Translations under genes and position numbers: made by a program
Notes under the pieces: generated by a model
What the model saw: the letters and a program-made list of their open reading frames with translations, nothing else
Database searches by the model: none
What the model was told of the DNA's origin: nothing
Part shown: positions 25,164 to 37,789 of the stretch, piece after piece
Layout of the letters: each line of letters opens with the position of its first letter
How positions within the stretch are numbered: the stretch's first letter is position 1
Assembly: GCA_038087875.1 (NCBI GenBank)
Contig: CM075977.1
Coordinates: 241,366,001-241,430,000, forward strand
DNA from: Malacoraja senta
Lineage: Eukaryota
Direction of reading: 5' to 3'
Length of the DNA stretch: 64,000 nucleotides

Positions 25164-27195
25164 GATCATTTTAGCATGATCATCGAGAAATGGCACTTTC
25201 TTGTCTCGAGGGGAAGGTACTTGAATTTCACATATTGATCAAGAAATGGTGGGGTTACATCTATGAATTATCATTAATTAGTTAAAATAGATTAGCAGTC
25301 AAAGGTCTTTGAACCAACGATTTTTCCATTAAGTAAGATTAGTCATTTGTTAGCCTTTTGTTCATATCTGTTATTTTTTTAATCATTTCTAGTTTTACTT
25401 GTTCACCTAACTTTTACTGGTGATAAAAGTTATCAGCGTTAAAGTCCATAAAGGTTGAAGAAGTGATAGGAGTTGGGGGCATGGAAATGCTATCAGTTGA
25501 TTGTTTCCTCAGCAGTTTCATGAGCAAAGCTTGTTCGAGCTGCTCTCAACCTCCCCCGCCCTCCATCTAACCCCATTACATTGTATATCGTCTTAGAGGC
25601 ATACAGAGCCTTAAGGGCCTGTCCCACCTGCGTGCGATTGCGTGCGATTGGCGCTACAGACCGGACGTTCAGGGGACTTTCTTTCTGTAAGTTTGCCTTT
25701 ACATATCCTTATTAGTGTGCAATACGTGTAAACCATAGCACGTTAAACACAATAAAATCTAAGTATGACAGTTTTATTTCTGCAGTTCTTTATTATTTAC
25801 CTGAATTGGGAACAGTCTTAGCACAAATTCTTCTGGCATTTCTGAGATCATCTTTTAATATGGTGACTGTCTCATTCATAGTTTTCTTTCTATTGTTGTT
25901 TTTTCAAATTCAATCTTATATTCATTATTGTGCCATAAAATAATGCCAAATGTTAATTGACACCTGGTACTTTCAGTACCAAAATATTTTTAGTTCTCAA
26001 CAAGATTTGTAATTTTTTTTAGAAAATCTAGTTATTCAAGAGCGAGTTAGATATAGCTCTTGAGGCTAACAAAATCAAGGGATATGGGGAGAAAGCAGGA
26101 ACTGGGAACTGATTCTGGATGATCAGTCATGATCATATTGAATGGCGGTGCTGGCTCAAAGGGCCGAATGGCCTACTCCTGCATCTATTTTCTATGTTTC
26201 TATGTTTTTATGTTTCTAGTGAGTTAAGACTCATATCTATAAATATAAGCTGCCATTTTCTAAACAAATCACGTCTAATTAGGTGTCTATCAAGTACTTC
26301 TTCTAAATGATCCACAATGGATGTCAGACTCAAGAGATAGCATCTATACAATTACCACAGCCCCCCATTATGAAAGGCAGGTTGATCATTGAGATTCCTC
26401 TAAGGTTATGATCTCCTGGCCTATATTCGCCATTTGGTGCGAATCCTGCAAAGATGGGACAGGAAATTGAAGGAAAAGGCTCCAAACAGATACTGATGCA
26501 ATTCTTCTAGAGTCAAGAGTGTTTAATTGTTATATGCATTGGGAACAGAACAATATTTTTTTTACTTGCTGCAGCCATACACACACACATTAATTCAACA
26601 ACACAACAAGAAAATACAATAAATTACCAGTAAAACTAGGTAACCAGACTATAATAAGAAAATAACAAATTATATGGTGCCAGCTATACATAGTGGTTGA
26701 GGTAGCTTTGTGGTTAGGATTGTGTTGTGTAACCTGATGATTGCTGGGAAGAAATTGTTCTTGAAATTGGATGTAATAGGTCTCAGCAGCAAGATGAGAG
26801 CATGACCTGAGTGGTGTGGGTCTTTATGATATTAACTGCCTTCATGTGAATACGGAGGCATTGTACGGAGTCATAGAGTGATATAGTGTGGAAACAGCCC
26901 CTTTGGTCCAACTCACCCACAGTAGATCCCTTCGATGGTGGGGTGTTCAATACTTGTGCAACTATAAATCCAGATTTAAGATTAGTAGTATACGATTACT
27001 ATTTTTTCTCATGCAACCTGCTTGGCAATTCCCATTTGATTTTCATTTTACCCTGGTAATATGACATTGTTAACTGGATTGCTAAAGTAAAATGCATGGG
27101 ATGGTATATTCTGATTATAAAGGCAGGCAATTATAATGGCTGACCCCACATTATTTCCATTGACAATTGGATAAAAAAGCAAACAGAAATGAATA

Positions 27196-27455
27196 GAGAG
27201 TAGACAAAAATGCTGGAGAAACTCAGCGGGTGAGGCAGCATCTATGGAGCGAAGGAAATAGGCAACGTTTCGGGTCGAGACCTAAAACATTGCCTATTTC
27301 GAAGGGCCTCAACCCGAAACGTTACCTATTTTGAAGGGTCTCGACCCGAAACTTTGCCTATTTCCTTCGCTCCATAGATGCTGCCTCACCTGCTGAGTTT
27401 CTCCAGCATTTTTGTCTACCTTTGATTTTCCAGTATCTGCAGTTCCTTCTTAAAC
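27196..27455. mobile_element. Palindromic Penelope-derived mini-element with tandem hammerhead half-modules
   Basis: Inverted arms; 14-bp TSD AAC(A/T)GAAATGAATA at 27182-27195 and 27456-27469. Confidence 0.8.
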
Positions 27456-27584
27456 AACTGAAATGAATATGTTAGTTAAAAATATAATGTCAAAAGTTCT
27501 CATAAATATAATTGTAATACCAGTGCCAGGCCCCTCTAAGTGCTCTCTTCCAGCAAGCACCCACCTGCCACAGAAACTACAATG

Positions 27585-27779
27585 TGTAGGAAGGAACTGC
27601 AGATGCTGGTTTAAACCAAAGATAGGCACAAAAAGCTGGAGTAACTCAGCTGGGCAGGCAGCATCTCTGGAAAGAAGGAATGGGACCTTTCTCGTTTCTC
27701 AACCCGAAGCGTCACCCATTCATTCTCCCAAGAAATGCTGCCTGCCCCGCTGAGTTACTCCAGCTTTTTGTGTCCATCT
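27585..27779. mobile_element. Palindromic Penelope-derived mini-element
   Basis: Inverted arms; 15-bp TSD with 2 mismatches (27570-27584, 27780-27794). Confidence 0.75.
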
Positions 27780-29141
27780 ACAGAAATTAAAATGGTCTTT
27801 TCAAAATTCAGCAAACTCAGAACTTGTGGCACCTGGTAATATAAGTCTGTAGGTTCTACTAAAGAACTATATGTTTTAACATGACCTTCAACAGCGTTTG
27901 TGGATTATGGATTTGAGCAAGTAAGGGGCTGATTTCATTTAAATATTTAATTCTGTTTATCTATTAGAATCTCTTAATTTTGCACTTTCCTCTTTCAGTT
28001 GCAAATAAGTAGAATGCACAGTTAATAACTAGCTTGAAGCCTGACAGGTAATTAGGAAAACAACTAGAACTGGTTGACTGAGGTTGTGAATCAGTCTTTA
28101 TGCACTCAATAGGATCTGCTTGGCTCAGTGTTCTATTAACATAGTATGCTGAGCCTGTGGAGTATGGACTTAAGTGAGTTTAGAGTAATGCGTTGCTTTT
28201 TATTTAAGAGAGTAAATAAAAGTGGTGCAGCTAGTAGAGCTGCTGCCTCACAGCTCTATTAACGTGGGTGCCATCTAAACATCAGTGCTGTCTGCACGGA
28301 ACTTCCACAGTCTCCCTGTGACAGCGTCGGGTTCCTCTGGGTACTTCGGTTTCCTTCCACGTCTCAAATATGTTTAGTTTCGAAGATTAATATCCATTGG
28401 AATATTAAGAAAGGGATTTGTGTAAATGGGTGCTTGCTGTTCATTAGGTCATAAGGTCATGTGATATGAACTGAATTAGGCCATTTGGCACATTAAGCCT
28501 ACTCCGTCATTCATCATGGCTGATCTATCTCTCCCTCCTAACCCAATTCTCCTGCCTTCTCCCCATAACCCCTGACACCCATAATAATCAAAAATCTATC
28601 TATCTTTGTCAGTGTGGATTTGGTGGGCTGAAGGACCTGGCTCTATGCTGTGCATGTCTGTGACCCTAAGAGAGGTGTGGAAGAGCAGGAGATGGTTTGC
28701 AGTTGCAACACATGAGAAGCGATAGAAAACATTCTGATCCATGGCAACTACACCACTAATAACTTTATACATTCTGGAGTAGTTTGGCTAAGAATTGATG
28801 AGCTGGAGTCTGAGATTCAAACATTACAATGCATTAGTAAAGGGGGAGATTGCTTGCAAAATTTATTTTGAGAGGCTGTCACATGTCTTAGAGTCAATGG
28901 GAAGAGGCACGAGAATATGATTACCAGTGAAATAAAAACGGAAAGTGCTGGAAACTCTCCAAAGGTCAGACAGCATCTGAGGAAAGAGAAACAGTTCACA
29001 TTTGAGATTCTCAGGTTTGAGATCCTTCATCATAACTGGAAAGCAGAAAAAAAAGTTATCAGTGTGAAGAAAGGTCCCGACCTGAAATGCCGGCTATCCA
29101 TTCCCTCCACAGATGCGATCTAATCTGCTGAGTTCCTTCAC

Positions 29142-29233
29142 GGGATGCAAGCAGAAACCTCCACGTGGCACATCCCTGGAATGCTGATGACAGAAACTGT
29201 ACCACAGTGACTGACTAAAGTAGCCAATTCTGC
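29142..29233 (+). ncRNA. HDV-like ribozyme candidate (slightly degenerate)
   Basis: P1 GGGAUG/CAUCCC, P2 GCAGAA/UUCUGC, P3 ACC/GGC (one mismatch), L3 UCCACGU, structured P4, J4/2 CCAA. Confidence 0.65.
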
Positions 29234-29308
29234 AACCACCGACCGTCAACCGTCACTGACCGACCGGAAAGACGTGATATAGAAGATGGCAGGACATGAG
29301 GAAGAAGA
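29142..29308 (+). mobile_element. 167-bp non-autonomous retroposon with 5' HDV-like ribozyme and (GAA)n tail (RTE-like)
   Basis: 11-bp TSD AGTTCCTTCAC (29131-29141, 29309-29319); GAAGAAGA tail; inserted in a Penelope-derived palindrome (~28930-29360). Confidence 0.8.
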
Positions 29309-29645
29309 AGTTCCTTCACCAATTTTTTTTTGATCAATATTCCAACATCTAGAGTTTCTCAAGGAAAAACTTGTTTTCCCTAGCAGGGAACATGGAGCAG
29401 GGGTGTGGGGGTGTCATGATGAATCAATTCACTAGGGATGTAGAGACAAATTTAAATGAAACTAGACTAAGTGGGACCCGTTGGGTCCCAGGTTCACACA
29501 GGAGGGCTGGTCCCCAAACACAATATTCCACCTCTCCACCAATTCCAATATTGGTGGCCAGTGGGGGGGGGGGGGGGGGCGGTTCTGGAGTGCTAGCATG
29601 GGTGTTGTGGGTCAACTCAAGTCAAGCACAGTGAGTGCAGGGCCA

Positions 29646-30532
29646 ACAAGTCAAGTCATGTCAATCCATTTCAAATCAAGTCAAGTCAATCCATTTCAAG
29701 TCAAGTCAAGTCAATCCATTTCAAGTCAAGTCAATCCATTTCAAGTTAGGTCAATCCATTTCAAGTCTAGTCAATCCATTTCAAGTCAAGTCAAGTCAAG
29801 TCAATCCATTTCCAGTCAAGTCAATCCATTTCAAGTCAGGTCAATCCATTTCAAGTCAATCCATTTCAAGTCAAGTCAACTCAAGCCATTTCAAAGTCAA
29901 GTCAAGTCAATCCATTTCAACTCAAGTCAATCCATTTCAAGTCATCAAATCAAGTCAATCCATTTCAAGTCAAGTCAAGTCAAGTAAAGTCAATCCATTT
30001 CAAGTCAAGTCAATCAATTTCAAGTCAAGTCAAGTCAATCCATTTCAAATCAAGTCAAGTCAATCCATTTCAAGTCAAGTCAAGTCAATCCATTTCAAGT
30101 CAAGTCAAGTCAATCCATTTCAAGTCGAGACAAATTTAAATGAAACTAGACTAAGTGGGACCCGTTGGGTCCCAGGTTCACACAGGAGGGCTGGTCCCCA
30201 AATGCAATATTCCACCTCTCCACCAATTCCAATATTGGTGGCCAGTGGGGGGGGGGGGGGGGGGGTTCTGGAGTGCTAGCATGGGTGTTGTGTGTCAAAT
30301 CAAGTCAAGCACAGTGAGTGCAGGGCCAACAAGTCAAATCAAGTCAATCCATTTCAAATCAAGTCAAGTCAATCCATTTCAAGTCAAGTCAAGTCAATCC
30401 ATTTCAAGTCAATCCATTTCAAGTCAAGTCAATCCATTTCAAGTCAAGTCAATCCATTTCAAGTCAAGTCAAGTCAATCCATTTCAAGTCAGGTCAAGTC
30501 AAGTCAAGTCAAGTCAAGTCAAGTCAAGTCAA
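29646..30532. repeat. Two (CAAGT/CAATCCATTT)n tracts within a tandem duplication
   Basis: Direct reading; tracts at ~29646-30126 and ~30330-30532. Confidence 0.92.
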
Positions 30533-30909
30533 GCACATGGTAGGAGGGGCCAGCCAACAATACCTTCCATTTCCTTTCATTTCAGGTGAGGTCATGCAAA
30601 GCAAAGCAAAAGCACAGGGCAGGCAAGGCCAGCCAACAATATACAACCCATATGCTTTAATTTCAGGTGAGGTCAAGCAAAGCAAAGGCAAAGCAAAAGC
30701 ATAAGCACAGGGCAGGCGGGGCCAGCCAACAATATACAGTCCATTTGCTTTCATTTCAGGTCAAGCGAAGCAAAGGCAAAGGAAAAGCAAAAACACAGGG
30801 CAGGCGGGGCCAGCCAGCCTACAATATACAATCCATTTGCTTTCATTTCAGTTCAAGCAAAGCAAAGGCAACGCAAAAGCACAGGGCAGGCGGGGCAAGC
30901 CAGCCAACA

Positions 30910-31392
30910 GCGCCCAGGAGCGTAAAAGATTGCAAAATGTTGTAAACACTACCCAGTCCATAATCGTCTCTGATCACGCCACCATCGAGGGGATCTATCG
31001 CAGTCGTTGCCTCAAAAAGGCTGCCAGCATCATCAAAGACCCATACCATCCTGGCCACTCACTCATCTCCCCACTGCCTTCAGGTAGTAGGTACAGGAGC
31101 CTGAAATCTGCAACATCCAGGTTCAGGAATAGCTGCTTCCCCACAGCCATCAGGCTATTAAACTCAACTCAAACAAAACTGTGATTGTTAAATAGCCCAT
31201 TGCACTTTACCTATTTATTTATGTGTGTATATATATATTCATTGGTATATGGTCACACTGATCTGTTCTGTTCTGTATTTATTTATGCCTACTATATTCT
31301 GTTGTGCTGAAGCAATGCAAGAATTTCATTGTCCTATCTGGGACACATGACAATAAACTCTCTTGAGTCTTGAATCTTGAATCTTGAATCTC
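30910..31392 (+). mobile_element. Rex1/Babar LINE 3' fragment
   Basis: KKAASIIKDPYHPGHSLISPLPSGSRYRSL...FRNSCFPTAIRLLN; 3' stem-loop, CAATAAA and (TCTTGAA)n tail. Confidence 0.82.
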
Positions 31393-31412
31393 AATACAAT
31401 CCATTTTCTTTC

Positions 31413-34400
31413 ATAGATACATAGATACATAGAAAATAGGTGCAGGAGTAGGCCATTCGGCCCTTCGAGCCTGCACCGCCATTCAATATGATCATGGCTG
31501 ATCATCCAACTCAGTATCCCATACCGGCCTTCTCTCCATACCCCCTGATCCCTTTAGCCACAAGGGCCACATCTAACTCCCTCTTAAATATAGCCAATGA
31601 ACTGGCCTCAACTACCCTCTGTGGCAGAGAGTTCCAGAGATTCACCACTCTCTGTGTGAAAACGTTTTTTCTCATCTCGGTCTTAAAGGATTTCCCCCTT
31701 ATCCTTAAGCTGTGACCCCTTGTCCTGGACTTCCCCAACATCGGGAACAATCTTCCTGCATCTAGCCTGTCCAACCCCATAAGAATTTTGTACGTTTCTA
31801 TAAGATCCCCTCTCAATCTCCTAAATTCTAGCGAGTATAAGCCAAGTCTATCCAGTCTTTCTTCATATGAAAGTCCTGACATCCCAGGAATCAGTCTGGT
31901 GAACCTTCTCTGCACTCCCTCTATGGCTATAATGTCCTTCCTCCGATTTAGAGACCAAAACTGTACGCAATACTCCAGGTGTGGTCTCACCAAGACCCTG
32001 TACAACTGCAGTAGAACCTCCCTGCTCCTATACTCAAATCCTTTTGCTATGAAAGCTAACATACCATTCGCTTTCTTCACTGCCTGCTGCACCTGAATGC
32101 CTACTTTCAATGACTAGTGCACCATGACACCCAGGTCTCGCTGCATCTCCCCTTTTCCTAATCGGCCACCATTTAGATAATAGTCTGCTTTCCTGTTTTT
32201 GCCACCAAAGTGGATAACCTCACATTTATCCACATTATACTGCATCTGCCAAACATTTGCCCACTCACCCAGCCTATCCAAGTCACCTTGCAGTCTCCTA
32301 GCATCCTCCTCACAGCTAACACTGCCCCCCAGCTTAGTTTCATCCACAAACTTGGAGATGTTGCCTTCAATTCCCCCATCCAGCTCATTAATATAAATTG
32401 TAAATAGCTGGGGTCCCAGCACTGAGCCTTGCGGTACCCCACTAGTCACTGCCTGCCATTGTGAAAAGGACCCGTTTTTGCTTCCTGTTTGCCAGCCAGT
32501 TCTCTATCCACATCAATACTGAACCCCCAATACCGTGTGCTTTAAGTTTGTATACTAATCTCTTATGTGGGACCTTGTCGAAAGCCTTCTGAAAGTCCAG
32601 ATACAACACATCCACTGGTTCTCCCCTATCCACTCTACTAGTTACATCCCAAAAAATTCTATAAGATTCGTCAGACATGATTTACCTTTCGTAAATCTAT
32701 GCTGACTTTGTCCAATGATTTCACCACTTTCCAAATGTGCTGCTATCCCATCTTTAATAACTGACTCTAGCAGTTTCCCCACTACCGATGTTAGACGAAC
32801 TGGTCTGTAATTCCCCGTTTTCTCTCTCCCTCCCTTCTTAAAAGGTGGGGTTACGTTTGCTACCCTCCAATCCTCAGGAACTACTCCAGAATCTAAAGAG
32901 TTTTGAAAAATTATCACTAATGCATCCACTATTTCTGGAGCTACTTCCTTAAGTACTCTGGGATGCAGCCTATCTGGCCCTGGTGATTTATCGGCCTTTA
33001 ATCCATTCAATTTACCCAACACCACTTCCCGACTAACCTGGATTTCAATCAGTTCCTCCATCTCCTTTGACCCGCGGTCCCCTGCTATTTCCGACAGATT
33101 ATTTATGTCTTCCTTAGTGAAGACGGAACCAAAGTAGTTATTCAATTGGTCCGCCATATCCTTGTTCCCCATGATCAATTCACCTGTTTCTGACTGCAAG
33201 GGACCTACATTTGTTTTAACTAATCTCTTTCTCTTCACATATCTATAAAAACTTTTGCAGTCAGTTTGTATGTTCCCTGCCAGTTTTCTTTCATAATCTA
33301 TATTCCCTTTCCTAATTAAGCCCTTTGTCCTCCTCTGCTGGTCTCTGAATTTCTCCCAGTCCTCTGGTATGCTGCTTTTTCTGGCTAATTTGTACGCATC
33401 ATCTTTTGCTTTGATACTATCCCTGATTTCCCTTGTTATCCACGGATGCACTACCTTCCCTGATTTATTCTGTTGCCATACTGGGGTGAACAATTTTTGT
33501 AGTTCATCCATGCAGTCTTTAAATGCCTTCCATTACATATCCACTGTCAACCCTTTTAGAACTAATTGCCAGTCAATCTTGGCCAATTCACGTCTCATAC
33601 CCTCAAAGTTACCTTTCTTTAAGTTCAGAACCGTTGTTTCTGAATTAACAACGTTACTCTCCATCCTAATGAATAACTCAACCATATTATGGTCACTCTT
33701 GCCCAAGGGGGCACGCACAACAAGACTGCTAACTAACCCTTCCTCATTACTCAATACCCAGTCTAGATTAGCCTGCTATCTCATTGGTTCCTCTACATGT
33801 TGGTTTAGATAACTATCCCACATACATTCCAAGAAATCCTCTTCCTCAGCACCCCTGCCAATTTGATTCACCCAATCTATATGTAGATTGAAGTCACCCA
33901 TTATAACTGTTTTCCCTTTGTTGCATGCATTTCTAATTTCCTGTTTGATGCCATCCCCAACTTCACTACTACTGCTAGGTGGCCTGTACACAACACCCAC
34001 CAGCCATTTCCGCCCCTTAAAGGCCTGTCTCACGAGTCTGCGGTCTATGGCGGCGAAACGGGAGGAATCTGCCTCCATAGACCGCGCACTCGTGAGAAAG
34101 TACAATTCCCGGGCCGTGCGGCGGTGTTCCCAACACCGCGCGGTGCTAAAATAAAATCGACAATGTCCAAAACTAAATACTCACCGCACAACCTCCACCA
34201 GTGATGCACAAGTGCGGCACGGCCGCTCGCACGGGCCGCCGCCAGTGTGGCTCGAGCGCCGTGCGTCAAACCTCCACTGCCACAGGCTCCACCAGTGACG
34301 CACGTGCTGCCGCCAGTGAGGCACGTGTGCTGCACGGCCACAGGCACAGCCACCGCTATAGCGCCGCGATCAGGATGGCCGCCGCCGCTGGTGAGTCACG

Positions 34401-35318
34401 TGCGGCGGGCCGACGTCATCGCAGTCGGCCCGCCCTTTTTTAACTTACCGCAAGCACGTGGGACCCGCCGTGTTTGAATTAACTCGGCCCCCGTGCACCA
34501 TCCGTGCGGCGCTCCGGTGGATAAGCTCGACGCTCTCGCCGTTGCCGCGCGGTCCTCGCTACCGGCGACGCCGCGCTTCACCGCCGATGACCGCAAACAG
34601 GTAAGACAGAGCCTTTAGTGTTTCGCAGCTCTACCCATACCTATTCCATATCCTCCAAGCTAATGTCCTTCATTTCCACTGCGTTAATCTCCTCCCTAAC
34701 CAGCAATGCTACCCCACCTCCTTTTCCTTTCTCTCTATCCCTCCTGAATATTGAATATCCCTGGATGTTCAGCTCCCAGCCTTGGTCACCCTGGAGCCAT
34801 GTCTCCGTAATCCCAATTATATCATAATCATTAATAGCTATCTGCACGTTCAACTCATCCACCTTATTACGAATGCTCCTTGCATTGAGACACAAAGCCT
34901 TCAGGCTTGTTTTTACAACGCTCTTACCCCTTATACAATTCTGTTGAAAAGTGTCCCTTTTTGATTTTTGCCCTGGATTTGTCTGCCTGCCACTATTACT
35001 TTTCACCTTGCTACCTATTGCTTCCGCCCGCATTTTACACCCCTCTGTTTCTCTGCTCACCCATTTAAGAACCCCACCACCTCTTATTGTCTGTTTATTA
35101 TTGTTTTCTTCTTTCCTCCCTACATGTTGGGTCTGAGTGCTTTCCTTCTCTGCCTCCTGCCTCACACACTGTCTAATAGCTTTCTCTATTTGAGTCCCTC
35201 CCCCCAACTATTCTAGTTTAAAGACTCCCCAGTAGCCTTTGCAGATCTCCCCGCCAGGATATCGGTCCCCCTCAGGTTCAAGTGCAACCCATCCTTTTTG
35301 TACAGGTCACACCTTCCA
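31413..35318 (-). mobile_element. CR1 LINE, 5'-truncated, ORF2 (APE endonuclease + RT) disrupted
   Basis: LNARSI, GITETWL, VYRPP, MGDFN, SDHN, DFQKAFDKVPH, GVPQGSVLGP, KFVDET in ORF fragments; ATAG/ATAC-type tail. Confidence 0.95.
34020..34614. mobile_element. PIF/Harbinger-like MITE, copy 1
   Basis: Imperfect 14-bp TIRs AAGGCCTGTCTCAC / GTAAGACAGAGCCT; TTA TSD (34017-34019, 34615-34617); interrupts the CR1 endonuclease. Confidence 0.85.
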
Positions 35319-35564
35319 CCTTCCACATGACCTTCATGTCATGAAATGCAAAGGCAAAGCAAAAGCATAAGCACAGGTCAGGCGGGGCCAGCCAACAATA
35401 CAATCCATTTGCTTTCATTTCAGGTCAAGCAAGGCAAAGGGAAAGCAAAAGCACAGGGAAGGCCAAACAACTCATTGCATTTTCATTTCATTTCCATTTC
35501 CATTGCAGTTTCAAGCACAGGACATGTCAAACAACTCATTGCATTTTCATTTAGGCCTATCAAA

Positions 35565-35897
35565 TCATTTATTGCAAGCACATTAAGGGTTAACAAATCA
35601 TCATTCATTGCAAGCACATTGCTGGCTAACATATCATTTATTGCAAGCACATTAAGGGTTAACAAATCATCATTCATTGCAAGCACATTGCTGGTTAACA
35701 AATCAGTTATTGCAAGCACATTAAAGGTTAATAAATCATCATTCATTGCAAGCACATTGCTGGCTAACAAATCATTTATTGCAAGCACATTGAGGGTTAA
35801 CAAATCATCATTCATTGCAAGCACATTGCTGGTTAACATATCATTTATTGCAAGCACATTAAGGGTTAACAAATCATCATTTATTGCAAGCACATTG
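35565..35897. repeat. 69-bp higher-order repeat, ~4.5 units
   Basis: Same unit as 3405-3595. Confidence 0.9.
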
Positions 35898-37240
35898 TAG
35901 ACTCACAGTTCAGTAGACTCACAGTTCAGTAGACTCACAGCTTAGAATCACAGTTGTGGCCTCTCACTCGTGATCTTCCAGAGTGACTGACTCACGTCCA
36001 GGCATTCGGGGTTTTATACTCCTGCCCCCCTCAGAAGGGGCATTACCTTCATTATGGTGGTTGACAGGCGAGAGGACCAATCAACTGATTTCAAGATTTT
36101 TTTAACATTCATAACTTTTTTAATTTTCAGCTGCTGCAGCGGAGGAGGACTGTGAGTACGATGGCAAAATATCATAGTGATATAGGGTAGCGTTGTTTCT
36201 AAAATCAATTAACAGTGGAGACAGGAAGTGGTCAAAATGAGACGTTTAGTTATATAGATAGCGAGGGTGGATTCTGGCAAAGGAAATTTGGAAAGTTAAA
36301 GAGAAAGTGAAAGACAGTGAAGCTTAATGACAAGGATAAAGATAGAGCCTATATGGAAGGTATAAAGCATCCAAATGTATGAATATATCTCCAAATAGAA
36401 TCACAGAAGGAAAAAAAATGTTAAAAGAGACAAAAGTGAAGGCTTTTTCCATATTTGCAGCATTTTTAATCAGGTAGATGCATTTTTGGCATGTGATAAA
36501 TTGGTAAAACTTTTCCTTAATCTCCTTACTTAAAGAAGGATGCTCTTACACTAGAGTTCAAAGAAAGTTCATCTGATTGATTCCTTGAAGGGGTGTTTCT
36601 CTTCTGATGAGTGATTGAGCACACAAGGCCTATATTCCCTTCAGTGTAGAGAATGAGAAGTGATTTAATTAACTTTTTACAGAGTATTTTAGTGTAGATG
36701 TGGGGATTATATTCATTTTACTCGGACAACAGGGACACAATGTCACAATATTGTGGAATGAATATGAAAACATAATTGTCAGCAAGGTAATATTGAATCG
36801 TGTGAATACTCTTACCTAAGCAGCTTTCAGAGGCTCAGTTGTTGAAGATATTCAAGGCAGAACTTGATAGATGTTCGAACATTAAGGAAGTCAAGAGATA
36901 TTGACTGCGTGATTACTATTTACTCTGTGACCTTCATGTGAACAATGAATTTCATTGATCCTTGGTGTATATGACAATAAACTAATCTGAATATGAATCT
37001 CAGCTGTGCAGAGGTAAAAGATCAGGAAAAATATTGAACAGTTGACAGACAAAATGGATCTGTATGACCTATTTCTGCTCCTAATTCTAATATTCTTACA
37101 TACCATCTTAGTAGGAGGGATAACTGGCACATCATTGTGACTTATTTTCCATAAATGACATGTTCACTATTATGATTAACCAAAGTTAACCTCTGCTGTG
37201 CCACAGAACATCCATCATGCAGGTCCAATCTGAATGGAAT

Positions 37241-37348
37241 GAATCACCTATTCCTTCCCTTCAGAGATGCTGCCTGTCCCGCTGAGTTATTCCAGCATTT
37301 TGTATCTACCTTCGATTTCAACCAGAACCTGCTGTTCTTTCCCACACA
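37241..37348. mobile_element. Truncated Penelope-derived terminal fragment
   Basis: 11-bp TSD CTGAATGGAAT (37230-37240, 37349-37359). Confidence 0.7.
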
Positions 37349-37789
37349 CTGAATGGAATTTTGTTAGGTTAAGTTGAATCTGTGGCGATCTGAAGACATC
37401 CTTAATTATTATCAAGAAAAATGTTGTCATAAAGCATATAAAATTCACCCTTGTATTTCAATATTCCAAATATTAAATCTTGAGGTGATCCACCCACTTG
37501 TGATCAATATAGAAGCTGACATACGCCACACAGCTAGCGATTGCACCATGAAAAGAGTTACTGTCAGTGCTTATGATGAAGTACTTGTCAAAATATTTCT
37601 GGTCTTAAAGATAAAAGTAAAAAGGGAGAAATAGATAAATACTGTCAGACACATTGTTGGTAAGAACTAGAATAATGGTATCTAAAGCTAAGGAGATATA
37701 TTATCATTACAATTACAGAAACCAAAGAGATTGTATGAGTACATTCAGGGAATGAGGCTAACTAGAGTGAGAATAGGACACTTGAGAAA

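Larger units (their letters stand above)
29462..36258 (-). mobile_element. Non-autonomous Helitron, copy 2 (3' end duplicated; carries nested Rex, CR1 and MITE)
   Basis: Minus-strand 5' TCTATATAAC at 36258; perfect hairpin GGGACCC-AAC-GGGTCCC plus CTAG at 29462 and again at 30146; A^T target inside an old CR1. Confidence 0.88.

Noticed and set aside
29184-29197. CTGATGA..GAAAC hammerhead-like core within P4 of the HDV candidate
   Set aside because: Only 2 nt separate the two halves, so stem II cannot form; likely coincidental.
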